The translations under genes were made by a program, and so were the position numbers. The notes under the pieces are model-generated. The model ran no database searches. It worked only from the letters and a program-made list of their open reading frames with translations, and was not told where the DNA came from. From Nanobdellota archaeon (GTDB lineage Archaea > Nanobdellota > Nanobdellia > Pacearchaeales > GW2011-AR1): 64,000 nucleotides of DNA. Location of the stretch: NCBI GenBank assembly GCA_038045945.1, contig JBBSXC010000004.1:128001-192000 (forward strand). Direction: 5' to 3'. Below, in pieces: positions 40,788 through 49,715 of the stretch (its first letter is position 1; every line of letters starts with the position of its first letter).

Positions 40788-40871
40788 TGCGGGATATAGG
40801 AATCGAACCTATGCAGGCACTAAGCCCCCGGCTTTTGAGACCGGTCCGTTTGACCGCTCCGGCAATCCCGC
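40788..40871 (-). tRNA. tRNA-Leu(CAA)
   Basis: Acceptor GCGGGAT/ATCCCGC, arm CCGGT-CT-CAA-AA-GCCGG, long variable arm. Confidence 0.93.
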
Positions 40872-40949
40872 CTATGATAAATAGTCGCGGTCAAACACAT
40901 TTAAAAATGTATAGAAAATGCTTTAAAGAAGAATAACAAGTTAAGTTAG

Positions 40950-41783
40950 ATGTCGACATTAGCAGATATAAGAACACTAATAAGATGCGAAAAGAACTGG
41001 CTAATAGCAAAAGTACCAATAAAAGAAAAATTGGCATTCCTAGGAAGACAAGCTTCAGGAATAATAAAAAATTCTAAAAAAATAAAATATTTAGGAAGAA
41101 CACTCCACTATGACAGAAAATGGGAACCCATACTCATAGCAGAATACCCAAATGAGATAGAGATGATAACAAAAAAATTAGACTTCAAAAAAATAAAAAA
41201 TGTTTTAGATATAGGAGCAAACGTAGGACAATGGGGAATAACACTAAAATCATACTTCCCAAACATAGAATTATACTCTTTTGAGCCAGTACCAGAAACC
41301 TTCTGGATACTAAAAGACAATTCTTCAAAAATAAAAAGTTGGGAAGTTTTCAATTACGGAATTAATGAAAAAGATAGCAACAAAAAAATAAGTTATGCGG
41401 TAGGAGCATCAGCAGAAGCAACGTATTTTAAAGAAAACATAAACCAAACACACATAAGAAAAAACGTTAAAGAAATAGATACTAAAACAATAAACCTTAA
41501 AGAAAAAAATAGAAAAAAACTCTCAATACCTAAAAACTTAAGCTTAGTAAAAATAGACGTTGAAGGATCAGAAATGGAAGTCCTAAAAGGACTAACAGAG
41601 ATAAATTATGACTACTTATACATTGAAACATCCATAGGAAGGAGAGGAAGTAGCATTAAAGAAGTAGTAAACTTTTTAGAAAAAAACAAGAAAAGTGTTA
41701 AGGTTTTATTCACTCACAGACCAGATAAACAAGCTAGTAGCGAGAACTCATTACTAGAAATAAAGAATAAAACAAACCTTTAA
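40950..41783 (+). CDS. FkbM-family methyltransferase
   Basis: LDIGANVG, SFEP, KIDVEGSE. Confidence 0.88.
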   Translation: MSTLADIRTLIRCEKNWLIAKVPIKEKLAFLGRQASGIIKNSKKIKYLGRTLHYDRKWEPILIAEYPNEIEMITKKLDFKKIKNVLDIGANVGQWGITLKSYFPNIELYSFEPVPETFWILKDNSSKIKSWEVFNYGINEKDSNKKISYAVGASAEATYFKENINQTHIRKNVKEIDTKTINLKEKNRKKLSIPKNLSLVKIDVEGSEMEVLKGLTEINYDYLYIETSIGRRGSSIKEVVNFLEKNKKSVKVLFTHRPDKQASSENSLLEIKNKTNL

Positions 41784-41807
41784 ATACCGTTAATTCTGCA
41801 TATCTTT

Positions 41808-41921
41808 GAAGACGGCCATAGTGGTTTGGAAACTCCTGATCCCGTTCCGATCTCAGAAGATAAGCTTACCACGTCCGTAGTGTTAGTATCCCACAAGATG
41901 CGAAACTTGGATGCTGTCTTC
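41808..41921 (+). rRNA. rrf: 5S rRNA (stand-alone)
   Basis: About 114 nt; ends pair (GAAGACGGC/GCTGTCTTC); GGCCATAG, CCTGATCCCGTTCCGATCTCAGAAGATAAG and GCGAAA 5S-like motifs. Confidence 0.88.
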
Positions 41922-41991
41922 TTCATATTCACTTAATAAGAGATGATAACTTATTCTAAAAGTTTATAACAATAAAAGATCTATATCATTC

Positions 41992-42249
41992 ATGAGTAAG
42001 AATAGAGAACAAATAAAAAAACAAATTATTGAATTCTTCGCTAACATTAAAAGTAAAAGTCCTAAAAACGTGAAAAAGATTAAGACTCACGCAATGTCAA
42101 TAAACCTAAAATTAGGAAAAGAAAGAAAAAAGTTTTGCAAAAAATGTTACCACGTTTATGACAAAAAAGACAAAATTAGAATAACAAACAACACTAAAAA
42201 AGTAGTTTGTAATAATTGTGGGAAAATAAGTACTTGGAAAATAAAATAG
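41992..42249 (+). CDS. RNase P protein component 4 (Rpp21/Rpr2)-like
   Basis: KKFCKKC...RI...CNNCG Zn ribbon, basic. Confidence 0.75.
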   Translation: MSKNREQIKKQIIEFFANIKSKSPKNVKKIKTHAMSINLKLGKERKKFCKKCYHVYDKKDKIRITNNTKKVVCNNCGKISTWKIK

Positions 42250-42279
42250 TTTAAAAACTTCTAATTTGGTGATATATTT

Positions 42280-42831
42280 GTGATTAACAAAAAGGTAAAG
42301 TCATTACTTTTAGCAGACACAGCATGGCTCTTTGGCGAGGGAATGTTAGGGCCGCTTTTCGCAGTTTTTGCTCAAAAAATAGGGGGAGACGTATTAGAAA
42401 TAACTTGGGCTTGGGCAACATACCTAATAGTTGCAGGATTATTAATTGTCATAATAGGAAGAATCTCAGATCAAAAAGTAAACAAGAGAAAATTAGTCTT
42501 CTGGGGATACACACTTAATGCCGCACTAACATTCTGCTATTTATTGGTTAATGGACCTCTAGCGCTACTAGGATTACAAATAGGTTTAGGGGTAGCCGCA
42601 GCTATGGCCACACCAACATGGGACGCATTATACTCAGAATATGGAAACAAAAAGAAGTATGGACTAGAGTGGGGATTATCAGATGGATTTGGAGAAATAT
42701 TTGGTGGTTTAGCAATAATAGCTGGAGGAATAATAGTAAGCTACTTTTCCTTCAACACACTATTCATAATAATGGGGATAGTGCAAATAGTAGCAGTAAT
42801 TTTATTATTACCGATAATAAAGAAAAAATAA
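42280..42831 (+). CDS. Half-size MFS-like membrane protein
   Basis: GRISD...RK (MFS motif A), about 6 TM helices, GTG start. Confidence 0.75.
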   Translation: MINKKVKSLLLADTAWLFGEGMLGPLFAVFAQKIGGDVLEITWAWATYLIVAGLLIVIIGRISDQKVNKRKLVFWGYTLNAALTFCYLLVNGPLALLGLQIGLGVAAAMATPTWDALYSEYGNKKKYGLEWGLSDGFGEIFGGLAIIAGGIIVSYFSFNTLFIIMGIVQIVAVILLLPIIKKK

Positions 42832-43029
42832 TTATGATTTTTTGAACTTTCCAACTTCTTGAATTAGGTCAACTTGCCCCATGAATGCTGACCTGCAACA
42901 ATACCTACTAAGACCTAAACTGTCAAGAACTGATTCAGCAGATTCTCCATTAGAAGTCCTTTTCCTGAATTCTTCATATAGCTGAGCTATAGGCTTACCA
43001 CATGAAAAGCAGCGCATAGGTATAATCAT
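42832..43029 (-). CDS. rpoN: RNA polymerase subunit Rpo10 (RpoN)
   Basis: MIIPMRCFSCGK...RYCCR. Confidence 0.95.
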   Translation of the reverse strand: MIIPMRCFSCGKPIAQLYEEFRKRTSNGESAESVLDSLGLSRYCCRSAFMGQVDLIQEVGKFKKS

Positions 43030-43081
43030 AATAATCAGACCAAAGAAGCGTTTTTAAAGCTTTCTGCCGTTTAATAATAAC

Positions 43082-43774
43082 ATGACAGAAACAGTAATAA
43101 AACTAAAAGGAGTGACTAAGTATTACCGAATGGGAGAAACGGTCGTTAAAGCTATTGATGGAATAGACCTAGAAGTAAAGAAAGGAGACTTCGTAGCAAT
43201 AATGGGGCCTAGTGGAAGCGGGAAAAGCACAGCTATGAACCTAGTAGGAAGTTTAGACCTAGCAACAGGCGGAACAATACAATTAGACGGAGTAAACATA
43301 AACAACCTAAGTGAATCAGACTTAGCACAAATAAGGGGAAGAAGAATAGGATTCATATTCCAACAATTCAACCTAGTACCAAATTTAACAGCAAAAGAAA
43401 ATATTATTCTACCAATGATATTCCAAGAAAAAAGCAAAGCAGAAAGAGAAAAAAAGGCTAAAGAATTACTAAAACTAGTAGACTTAGAAAACAGAGAAGA
43501 CCACTACCCAAACCAACTGTCAGGAGGACAACAACAAAGAGTAGCAATAGCAAGATCATTAGCAAACGACCCAGAAGTAATATTAGCCGACGAACCAACA
43601 GGGAACCTAGACACAAAAAACGGAGAAAAAATAATGAATTTCTTAGAAAAATTACACAAATCAGGAAAGACAATAATAATGGTAACACACGACCCACACC
43701 TAGCAGGTCAGCACGCAAAAACAGTATACTGGGTCAAAGATGGAAAGATAGAAAAAGTAACAAGAAAAAAGTAA
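43082..43774 (+). CDS. ABC transporter ATP-binding protein (LolD/MacB-type)
   Basis: GPSGSGKS, LSGGQQQR, ADEPTGNLD, VTHD. Confidence 0.92.
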   Translation: MTETVIKLKGVTKYYRMGETVVKAIDGIDLEVKKGDFVAIMGPSGSGKSTAMNLVGSLDLATGGTIQLDGVNINNLSESDLAQIRGRRIGFIFQQFNLVPNLTAKENIILPMIFQEKSKAEREKKAKELLKLVDLENREDHYPNQLSGGQQQRVAIARSLANDPEVILADEPTGNLDTKNGEKIMNFLEKLHKSGKTIIMVTHDPHLAGQHAKTVYWVKDGKIEKVTRKK

Positions 43775-43835
43775 GAAGACGAGAATAACACTAAAGTAGA
43801 GAAAACTTTAAAAGAGGCAATTAATTACGACCGTA

Positions 43836-44030
43836 ATGAAGAAGTGTGTTTATTGCAAAACAGAGTTAAAAGAAGATGTAGTTCTTGAAGTATGCATAAA
43901 CTGCGGTCGAGGAATATGGGGAGAAAAAATGTTTAACACAATAGTGAAAAGCATGGAAGACGCAGACAGCAGAGGAAGTCTAATGCAAGGAAGCGTAGGA
44001 TCAGACAACCAAGGGAAAAAGGCAATTTAA
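43836..44030 (+). CDS. Small Zn-finger protein
   Basis: CVYC...CINC; upstream TATA-like CTTTAAAA. Confidence 0.6.
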   Translation: MKKCVYCKTELKEDVVLEVCINCGRGIWGEKMFNTIVKSMEDADSRGSLMQGSVGSDNQGKKAI

Positions 44031-44189
44031 AAACAAAGATAATTCTTTTAAACAAAAAAAAGAGGAATATCCCAAAAAGAGGGGTAGAGGTAACGATGTG
44101 TCTGAAGAAAAATCAGAGATTCACCACATAACAAAGCTTAAAAAGCCTGCTTGAGAAATAATTTTGAATACTCAGGAAAAATAAGAAAA

Positions 44190-44441
44190 ATGATAAAAAG
44201 AAAACAAGTAAAACAACGAGGAAAAATAAGACTTAGCGAATACTTCAAAAATTTGAAGGATGGAGAAAGAGTAGCAATAGTCAGAGAACTATCAGAAAAC
44301 CCAAAATTCCCATACCAATTACAAGGAAGAAGCGGAGTAATAGCAGGAAAAAGAGGAGGAGCATACATAGTAAAAATTATGGATTTTGACCAAGAAAAAA
44401 CACACATAATCCAAGCAATACACCTAAAAAAATTAAAATGA
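44190..44441 (+). CDS. rpl21e: 50S ribosomal protein L21e
   Basis: GE.V.I, QGRSG.I.G.RG.AY.V, HLK; upstream of rpoF; start moved to ATG 44190. Confidence 0.88.
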   Translation: MIKRKQVKQRGKIRLSEYFKNLKDGERVAIVRELSENPKFPYQLQGRSGVIAGKRGGAYIVKIMDFDQEKTHIIQAIHLKKLK

Positions 44442-44743
44442 TAATAGAACTAAAACCACTTTCACTAACAGAATCTGAAGAATTAATAGATGATTCACAA
44501 GAAGATAAAAAAGAAATAAAAGCATTCATAAAAAAATTCAGCAAGATTAGCGAAAAAGACGCAAAAAAGTTAAGAGAAGAATTAGAATCATTAGAATCAA
44601 TGAGAGTTAAATCAGAACACATAGCAAAAATCGTAGATATACTACCAGAAGATGCTGAAGACGTAGCAAAAATATTTGTCGATACAAACTTAAACAAAGA
44701 AGAAACAGAGGGGATTCTTGAACTTGTCAAGAAATACAATTAA
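44438..44743 (+). CDS. rpoF: RNA polymerase subunit Rpo4 (RpoF)
   Basis: AKIVDILP motif; conserved rpl21e-rpoF-DUF655 order. Confidence 0.88.
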   Translation: MIIELKPLSLTESEELIDDSQEDKKEIKAFIKKFSKISEKDAKKLREELESLESMRVKSEHIAKIVDILPEDAEDVAKIFVDTNLNKEETEGILELVKKYN

Positions 44744-44748
44744 CAACA

Positions 44749-45285
44749 ATGGAACGAGAAGAACACGCAATTATTTTAGATTATCTACCATACGGTTATC
44801 CCCTGGAGAATAAAAGAATGCCATTAGCACAAGCAATCGGATCAACAGGATTCACACTACTAGAATTAATACCAAGAAAAGGAATGAGCTTAGAACTAAA
44901 AGAAAAGGTATATATAGGCTCAGGGAAGAGAGATAAAATATATTATATTCTGGGAAAACTTCCAGGAGAAAAATTAACAGAAACTGCAAAGGCAAACCTT
45001 AACGATTTTATCGCGCAAGCAGTTGCAGAGAACGAAAAAGGGTTTGTTGAGTTTTTCAACAAAGCAGAAGCGATAAACACAAGACTACACCAAATAGAAC
45101 TACTGCCAGGGTTCGGGAAAAAACACATGACTGAAATACTAAAAGCAAGAGAGGTAAAACCCTTCGAAAGCTTTAGCGACATAAGAGAAAGAATACCATC
45201 AGTACCAAACCCAACAAAAGCAATAGAGAAAAGAATGCTAAGCGAATTAACAGAAAACGAAAGACACAAACTTTTCGTTAAATAA
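44749..45285 (+). CDS. DUF655 (COG1491) putative nucleic-acid-binding protein
   Basis: ILDYLP.G, FTLLEL, RLHQ.ELLPG.GKK, FESF.D. Confidence 0.88.
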   Translation: MEREEHAIILDYLPYGYPLENKRMPLAQAIGSTGFTLLELIPRKGMSLELKEKVYIGSGKRDKIYYILGKLPGEKLTETAKANLNDFIAQAVAENEKGFVEFFNKAEAINTRLHQIELLPGFGKKHMTEILKAREVKPFESFSDIRERIPSVPNPTKAIEKRMLSELTENERHKLFVK

Positions 45286-45289
45286 AAAA

Positions 45290-45814
45290 ATGGAAAATCC
45301 AAAAATACAACAACAAAAAGCAGAAAAAGTATCAGCAAGGCCAGAACCAGAAGTAACAGAAGCACTGATAAGAATAATGGACAGGGACGTAAAAGCCGGA
45401 AGAAAAGTTGTAGCAGGACTAATGAGGATCAAAGGAATATCATGGGCAATGTCAAACGGAATAATGATATCACTAAAAATAAGCCCAACAAAAAGAATAG
45501 GAGAATTAACAAAAGACGAAATTAAAAAAATAGAAGAATTCATAAGAAACCCAAAATTACCATCATTCTTACTAAACAGAAGAAAAGACGTAGACTCAGG
45601 AGAAGATCTACACCTAACAGGATCAGACTTAGACCTAAGAAAAGAATTCGACATAAAACTACTGAAAAAAATAAGAAGTTACAGAGGACTAAGACACGCA
45701 CTTGGACTACCAACAAGAGGACAAAAAACAAGAAGCCACTTCAGAGAAAATAAAAAATCAAGATTAACTGTAGGCGTAGGCGGAAAGAAACCTGCAGCAA
45801 GCGGAGGTAAATAA
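45290..45814 (+). CDS. rps13: 30S ribosomal protein S13
   Basis: IKGI, NRRKD..G, SYRG.RH..GLP.RGQ.T. Confidence 0.95.
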   Translation: MENPKIQQQKAEKVSARPEPEVTEALIRIMDRDVKAGRKVVAGLMRIKGISWAMSNGIMISLKISPTKRIGELTKDEIKKIEEFIRNPKLPSFLLNRRKDVDSGEDLHLTGSDLDLRKEFDIKLLKKIRSYRGLRHALGLPTRGQKTRSHFRENKKSRLTVGVGGKKPAASGGK

Positions 45815-46317
45815 TGGCCTGGACAAGAAAACACAAAAGATACTCAAGACCAAGAAAACCATTCGATAAGCAAAGAATAGAAGAAGAAAACAAAATAGCA
45901 GAAGAATTCGGACTAAAAAACAAGAGAGAAATATGGAAAGCAGAAGCAGCAGTAGGAAGACTGCGAAGAAGAGCAAAAAAACTAATAACAGCAAGCGCAG
46001 AAAAACAAGGAGAATTATTCAACAAACTAAAAGAAATGGGACTAAAAGTAACATCAATACCAGAGGTATTAGCATTACAAAAAAGCGACTGGATGCAAAG
46101 AAGACTACAAACAATAGTAATGAAGAAAAAATTAGCAAAAACACCAAAACAAGCAAGACAAATGATAGCACATAAATTAGTAATGATTGACGGAAACATA
46201 GTGAACCAACCATCATACATAGTAACAGTAGAAGAAGAAAACAAAATAAGCCTTAGAGAAGCAAAAGCAAAAAAGGAAACAAAAACACCAAAAGAAGAGG
46301 TAAAACAAAATGAGTAA
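45814..46317 (+). CDS. rps4: 30S ribosomal protein S4
   Basis: GLKNKREIW, RRLQT, ARQ.I.H, PSY.V. Confidence 0.95.
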   Translation: MAWTRKHKRYSRPRKPFDKQRIEEENKIAEEFGLKNKREIWKAEAAVGRLRRRAKKLITASAEKQGELFNKLKEMGLKVTSIPEVLALQKSDWMQRRLQTIVMKKKLAKTPKQARQMIAHKLVMIDGNIVNQPSYIVTVEEENKISLREAKAKKETKTPKEEVKQNE

Positions 46318-46696
46318 AGAAGAAACACAAACAGGAATACTGCACATATTCACAAGCTTTAACAACACGATAGTGCACTTAACAGACCTGTCAGGACACA
46401 CAATAGCAAGAATATCAGGCGGAATGATAACAAAACAAGACAGACTAAAAGCAAACCCAACAGTAGCAATGTTCATAGCAAAGAAAATATCAGAAGCAGC
46501 TAACGAAATAAACATGAAAGACCTATATGTAAGAATAAGAGCTAAAACAGGACAAGACACACCAGGACCTGGAGCACACGCAGTAATAAAATCATTATCA
46601 AGAGACGGATTCAAAATAATAAGCATATCAGATGTAACAAGAGTACCAAGAGGAGGACCTAAGGTTAAGGGAGGAAAGAGAGGTAGAAGAGTATAA
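46310..46696 (+). CDS. rps11: 30S ribosomal protein S11
   Basis: SFNNTIVH.TDLSG, PGPGA, GGKRGRRV. Confidence 0.95.
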   Translation: MSKEETQTGILHIFTSFNNTIVHLTDLSGHTIARISGGMITKQDRLKANPTVAMFIAKKISEAANEINMKDLYVRIRAKTGQDTPGPGAHAVIKSLSRDGFKIISISDVTRVPRGGPKVKGGKRGRRV

Positions 46697-46727
46697 GCTT
46701 AAAAACCGATAAAATAATAAAAACACT

Positions 46728-47465
46728 ATGATGATTCACAAAAAAACAAAAGATAAAATAGTATTTTCAGCAGAAATAAACGACTCATTAGCAAACGCTA
46801 TAAGAAGATCAGTTCAAGAAGTACCAATATTAGCAGTTGACGAACTAGAAATATTCAAGAATGACTCAGTATTATACGACGAAATAATAGCTCACAGAAT
46901 AGGACTAACACCGCTAAAGAACGAACTATCAGGAAAAGACAAAAAGAAAGGAGAAGAATACGAAGTAAAACTAAAATTAACAAAGAAAGGCCCAGGAACA
47001 GTTTATTCTGGAGACTTAACAGGCGATGCAGAAGTAGTATTCAAAGAAATGCCAATAACAGTTCTAAAGAAAGGACAAGAAATAGAACTAGTAGCAACAG
47101 CAAAAATAGGCCAGGGAATAGCACACGTAAAACACACGCCAGGACTTGTACACTATAGAGAATTTTATGAAGCAACACCAAAGAAAGGCAAGAATCTTGA
47201 CAAAGAATTCATAAGCGAATTCCCAAGCTTGATGATAAGCCTCAACGAAGAAGGAAACGAAGCAGAATTCGAAAGACATAAACTGCAAAGTGGAAAAATG
47301 TTCGGGGAAGCATTCAAATTATACAAAGATGACATAACAACAAGTAAAGCAAACGGTCTAATGTTCTTCGTAGAATCATTCGGACAAATAGACGCAGAAA
47401 AAATAATTATCGAAGCTGTAGAGGCACTAAAAATTAATCTTAATCAATTCAAAGAAGAAAATTAA
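46728..47465 (+). CDS. rpoD: RNA polymerase subunit Rpo3 (RpoD)
   Basis: ANAIRR, N.SVLYDE..AHRIGL.P, VES.GQ. Confidence 0.93.
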   Translation: MMIHKKTKDKIVFSAEINDSLANAIRRSVQEVPILAVDELEIFKNDSVLYDEIIAHRIGLTPLKNELSGKDKKKGEEYEVKLKLTKKGPGTVYSGDLTGDAEVVFKEMPITVLKKGQEIELVATAKIGQGIAHVKHTPGLVHYREFYEATPKKGKNLDKEFISEFPSLMISLNEEGNEAEFERHKLQSGKMFGEAFKLYKDDITTSKANGLMFFVESFGQIDAEKIIIEAVEALKINLNQFKEEN

Positions 47466-47469
47466 GTTT

Positions 47470-47492
47470 TTAAAGTGAGGACCTCACTTTAA
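47470..47492. promoter_or_regulatory. Perfect inverted repeat overlapping the TATA-like box upstream of tRNA-Leu
   Basis: TTAAAGTGAGG-A-CCTCACTTTAA (11-bp arms). Confidence 0.5.
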
Positions 47493-47504
47493 TACCGTGA
47501 AGGC

Positions 47505-47588
47505 GCGGGATTGCCGGAGCGGTCAAACGGGTGTGGTTAAGGACCACATGGCTTAGTGCCTGCATAGGTTCGATCCCTATATCCCGCA
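47505..47588 (+). tRNA. tRNA-Leu(AAG)
   Basis: Acceptor GCGGGAT/ATCCCGC, arm TGTGG-TT-AAG-GA-CCACA, long variable arm, T-loop TTCGATC; lies between rpoD and rpl18e. Confidence 0.9.
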
Positions 47589-47607
47589 TCACAAAAGTGA
47601 AAGAAAA

Positions 47608-47985
47608 ATGAGTATATCAAAAAGAACAATAAAAGCAAGGACAACACAGAAAACGAATTCTGAACTAGTTGATACTATACACGCAGCAAGAAAGAATTCG
47701 GTTTGGGTTGAAAAAGGAATAGCAAGATACTTATCAGGATCAACAAGAGTTATGCCAGAAGTAAACTTAAACATGCTAGAAAAAAACTGCGAAGCAGGAG
47801 ACATAGCGATAGTCCCAGGAAAGATATTAGGAACAGGAAGCATAAACAAAAAAATAAAGGTTTGCGCATTCAAATTCTCAAAACAAGCAATGGAAAAACT
47901 AAAAGCAAAAAAGTGCGAAACAGGAAGCATAATGGACGAAATAAAAAATAATCCTAAAGCAACAGGAGTAAAAATAATAATATGA
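47608..47985 (+). CDS. rpl18e: 50S ribosomal protein L18e
   Basis: VNL, IVPGKILG.G, A.KFS..A. Confidence 0.93.
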   Translation: MSISKRTIKARTTQKTNSELVDTIHAARKNSVWVEKGIARYLSGSTRVMPEVNLNMLEKNCEAGDIAIVPGKILGTGSINKKIKVCAFKFSKQAMEKLKAKKCETGSIMDEIKNNPKATGVKIII

Positions 47986-48398
47986 ACACACAAACACTAA
48001 CAATCGATGCAGAAAACGCCGTTGCTGGAAGACTAGCAAGCTTCATAGCTAAACAATTATTATTAGGCAAAACAGTAAACGTTGTTAACTGTGAAAAAGC
48101 AATAATCATAGGAAGACCAGCAGACATAACAGGAAAATATTTAGCACTAAGAAGAAAAGGTGGTAGTGCAATGAAAGGGCCTCTTTTCCCATCAACACCT
48201 GAAAGAATAATGAAAAGAATAATCACAGGAATGCTACCTCACAAAAAAGGAAGAGGAGAAGACGCAGAAAAAAGAATTAAGTGTTACGAAGGAATACCAG
48301 AAACACTAAAAGACCAAAAACTAATAAAATCAAGCAGAGAATCAGTACCGATAAAGTCAATAACAATAAAAGAATTATCAATAAAAATAAAACATTAA
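47982..48398 (+). CDS. rpl13: 50S ribosomal protein L13
   Basis: IDA...GRLAS..AK, GP.FP..P, GMLP.K..RG. Confidence 0.95.
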   Translation: MNTQTLTIDAENAVAGRLASFIAKQLLLGKTVNVVNCEKAIIIGRPADITGKYLALRRKGGSAMKGPLFPSTPERIMKRIITGMLPHKKGRGEDAEKRIKCYEGIPETLKDQKLIKSSRESVPIKSITIKELSIKIKH

Positions 48399-48402
48399 AC
48401 AC

Positions 48403-48807
48403 ATGAAAGCAGAAATAGTAACATCAGGAAAAAGAAAAGCATCAAAAGCAAGCGCAGCAATAATAGCAGGAAGCGGAAAAATAACAGTTAACGGAAAACC
48501 TTACGCAAGACTATCAATATTTCGAAGACTAAGCATTGAAGAACCAATAAACATCGCCAGAGAAGTATTAGGAAACACAGACTTCGACATCTGGGTAACT
48601 ATGCATGGCGGAGGAAAAGAAGGACAAGTTGAGGCTGCTAGACTAGCAATCGCAAGAGCAATAGTTAAATTCTCAAAATCAGACACACTAAAAAAGACTT
48701 TTTCATTATACGATAAGTCATTAATGATCGCTGATGTAAGAAGAAAAGAAGCATACAAACCTGGAGATTCTAAAGCAAGAAGCAAGAGACAGAAATCATA
48801 CAGATAA
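48403..48807 (+). CDS. rps9: 30S ribosomal protein S9
   Basis: SGKRK, GGG..GQ..A.R.AIARA, QKSYR. Confidence 0.95.
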   Translation: MKAEIVTSGKRKASKASAAIIAGSGKITVNGKPYARLSIFRRLSIEEPINIAREVLGNTDFDIWVTMHGGGKEGQVEAARLAIARAIVKFSKSDTLKKTFSLYDKSLMIADVRRKEAYKPGDSKARSKRQKSYR

Positions 48808-48828
48808 GAATACAAAAAAAAAGATTTT

Positions 48829-49668
48829 TTATTCAGACATTATTCTATCAAGTGGTGAACCAACTTTCTTTAACTGCTCACTAGAAACATGTGTGTATAT
48901 TTGAGTTGTCGATAAGTCACTATGACCTAATAATTCTTGTATTATTCTAATATCAACACCAGACTCTAAAAGATGAGTAGCAAAAGAGTGACGAAGAGTG
49001 TGACAATGAACACTCTTATTAATAAGAGCTCTAGCAGCAGTTTGCCGAACAATTTTTTGCAAGTTTTGGGAGGTAATAGAACCACCGCTCCTGCCGCTAA
49101 ATAAGAGTTCACTACCAGAAGAAGTTTGAAGAGCAACCTGTTTTTTTAGATCATTAACTAAATAATTAGGTATATTAAAAATTCTGTCCTTATTACCCTT
49201 AGCTTTCTTAATACGACCAATCTTTTCATCAAAGTGTAAACTACTACACTTAAGATTAATTAGTTCGGATATCCTCATACCCGACGCGTAAAGCAGACTA
49301 ATAATAAGCTTACTCTTAGGAGTTTTAGAATTAGCTATGAGCCGTAAAACTTCTTCTCTAGTTAAAACATCGGGAAGTTTCCTTTCCTTCTTAGGCCTCT
49401 TAATACCAACAGTAGGATCAACAGAAAAAACACTTGAGTAAGAAAACCTTATAGCAGCCAAAAAAAGAATTACTGAACTACCAGACTTATCAGAATAATT
49501 CTCAGACAAAAAAAGTTTTATGTCATCAAGACTTATATCCTTAGGATCTTTATTAGAAAAATCTAATAATTCCCTATTAGCAGATAAATAATTCCTTATA
49601 GTGTATGGACTATTCTTAGAAATTTTTAGTTCTACCTCGACTTTTTTAAGAAAATCCTCTTTATTCAT
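48829..49668 (-). CDS. xerA: Tyrosine recombinase XerA
   Basis: GMRISE, KGNKDR, HTLRHSFATHLLE, LLGH, TQIY: full catalytic set. Confidence 0.9.
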   Translation of the reverse strand: MNKEDFLKKVEVELKISKNSPYTIRNYLSANRELLDFSNKDPKDISLDDIKLFLSENYSDKSGSSVILFLAAIRFSYSSVFSVDPTVGIKRPKKERKLPDVLTREEVLRLIANSKTPKSKLIISLLYASGMRISELINLKCSSLHFDEKIGRIKKAKGNKDRIFNIPNYLVNDLKKQVALQTSSGSELLFSGRSGGSITSQNLQKIVRQTAARALINKSVHCHTLRHSFATHLLESGVDIRIIQELLGHSDLSTTQIYTHVSSEQLKKVGSPLDRIMSE

Positions 49669-49715
49669 AAGACAGATTGTACAAACTCGTTTATAATTCT
49701 ATCTTAGGGAAAAAA

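Noticed and set aside
40612-40884. 90-aa ORF in the ORF track
   Set aside because: It is antisense to three tRNA genes.
44031-44189. Possible small RNA upstream of rpl21e
   Set aside because: Only short hairpins (for example TCTGA/TCAGA); no recognisable RNA family motif.
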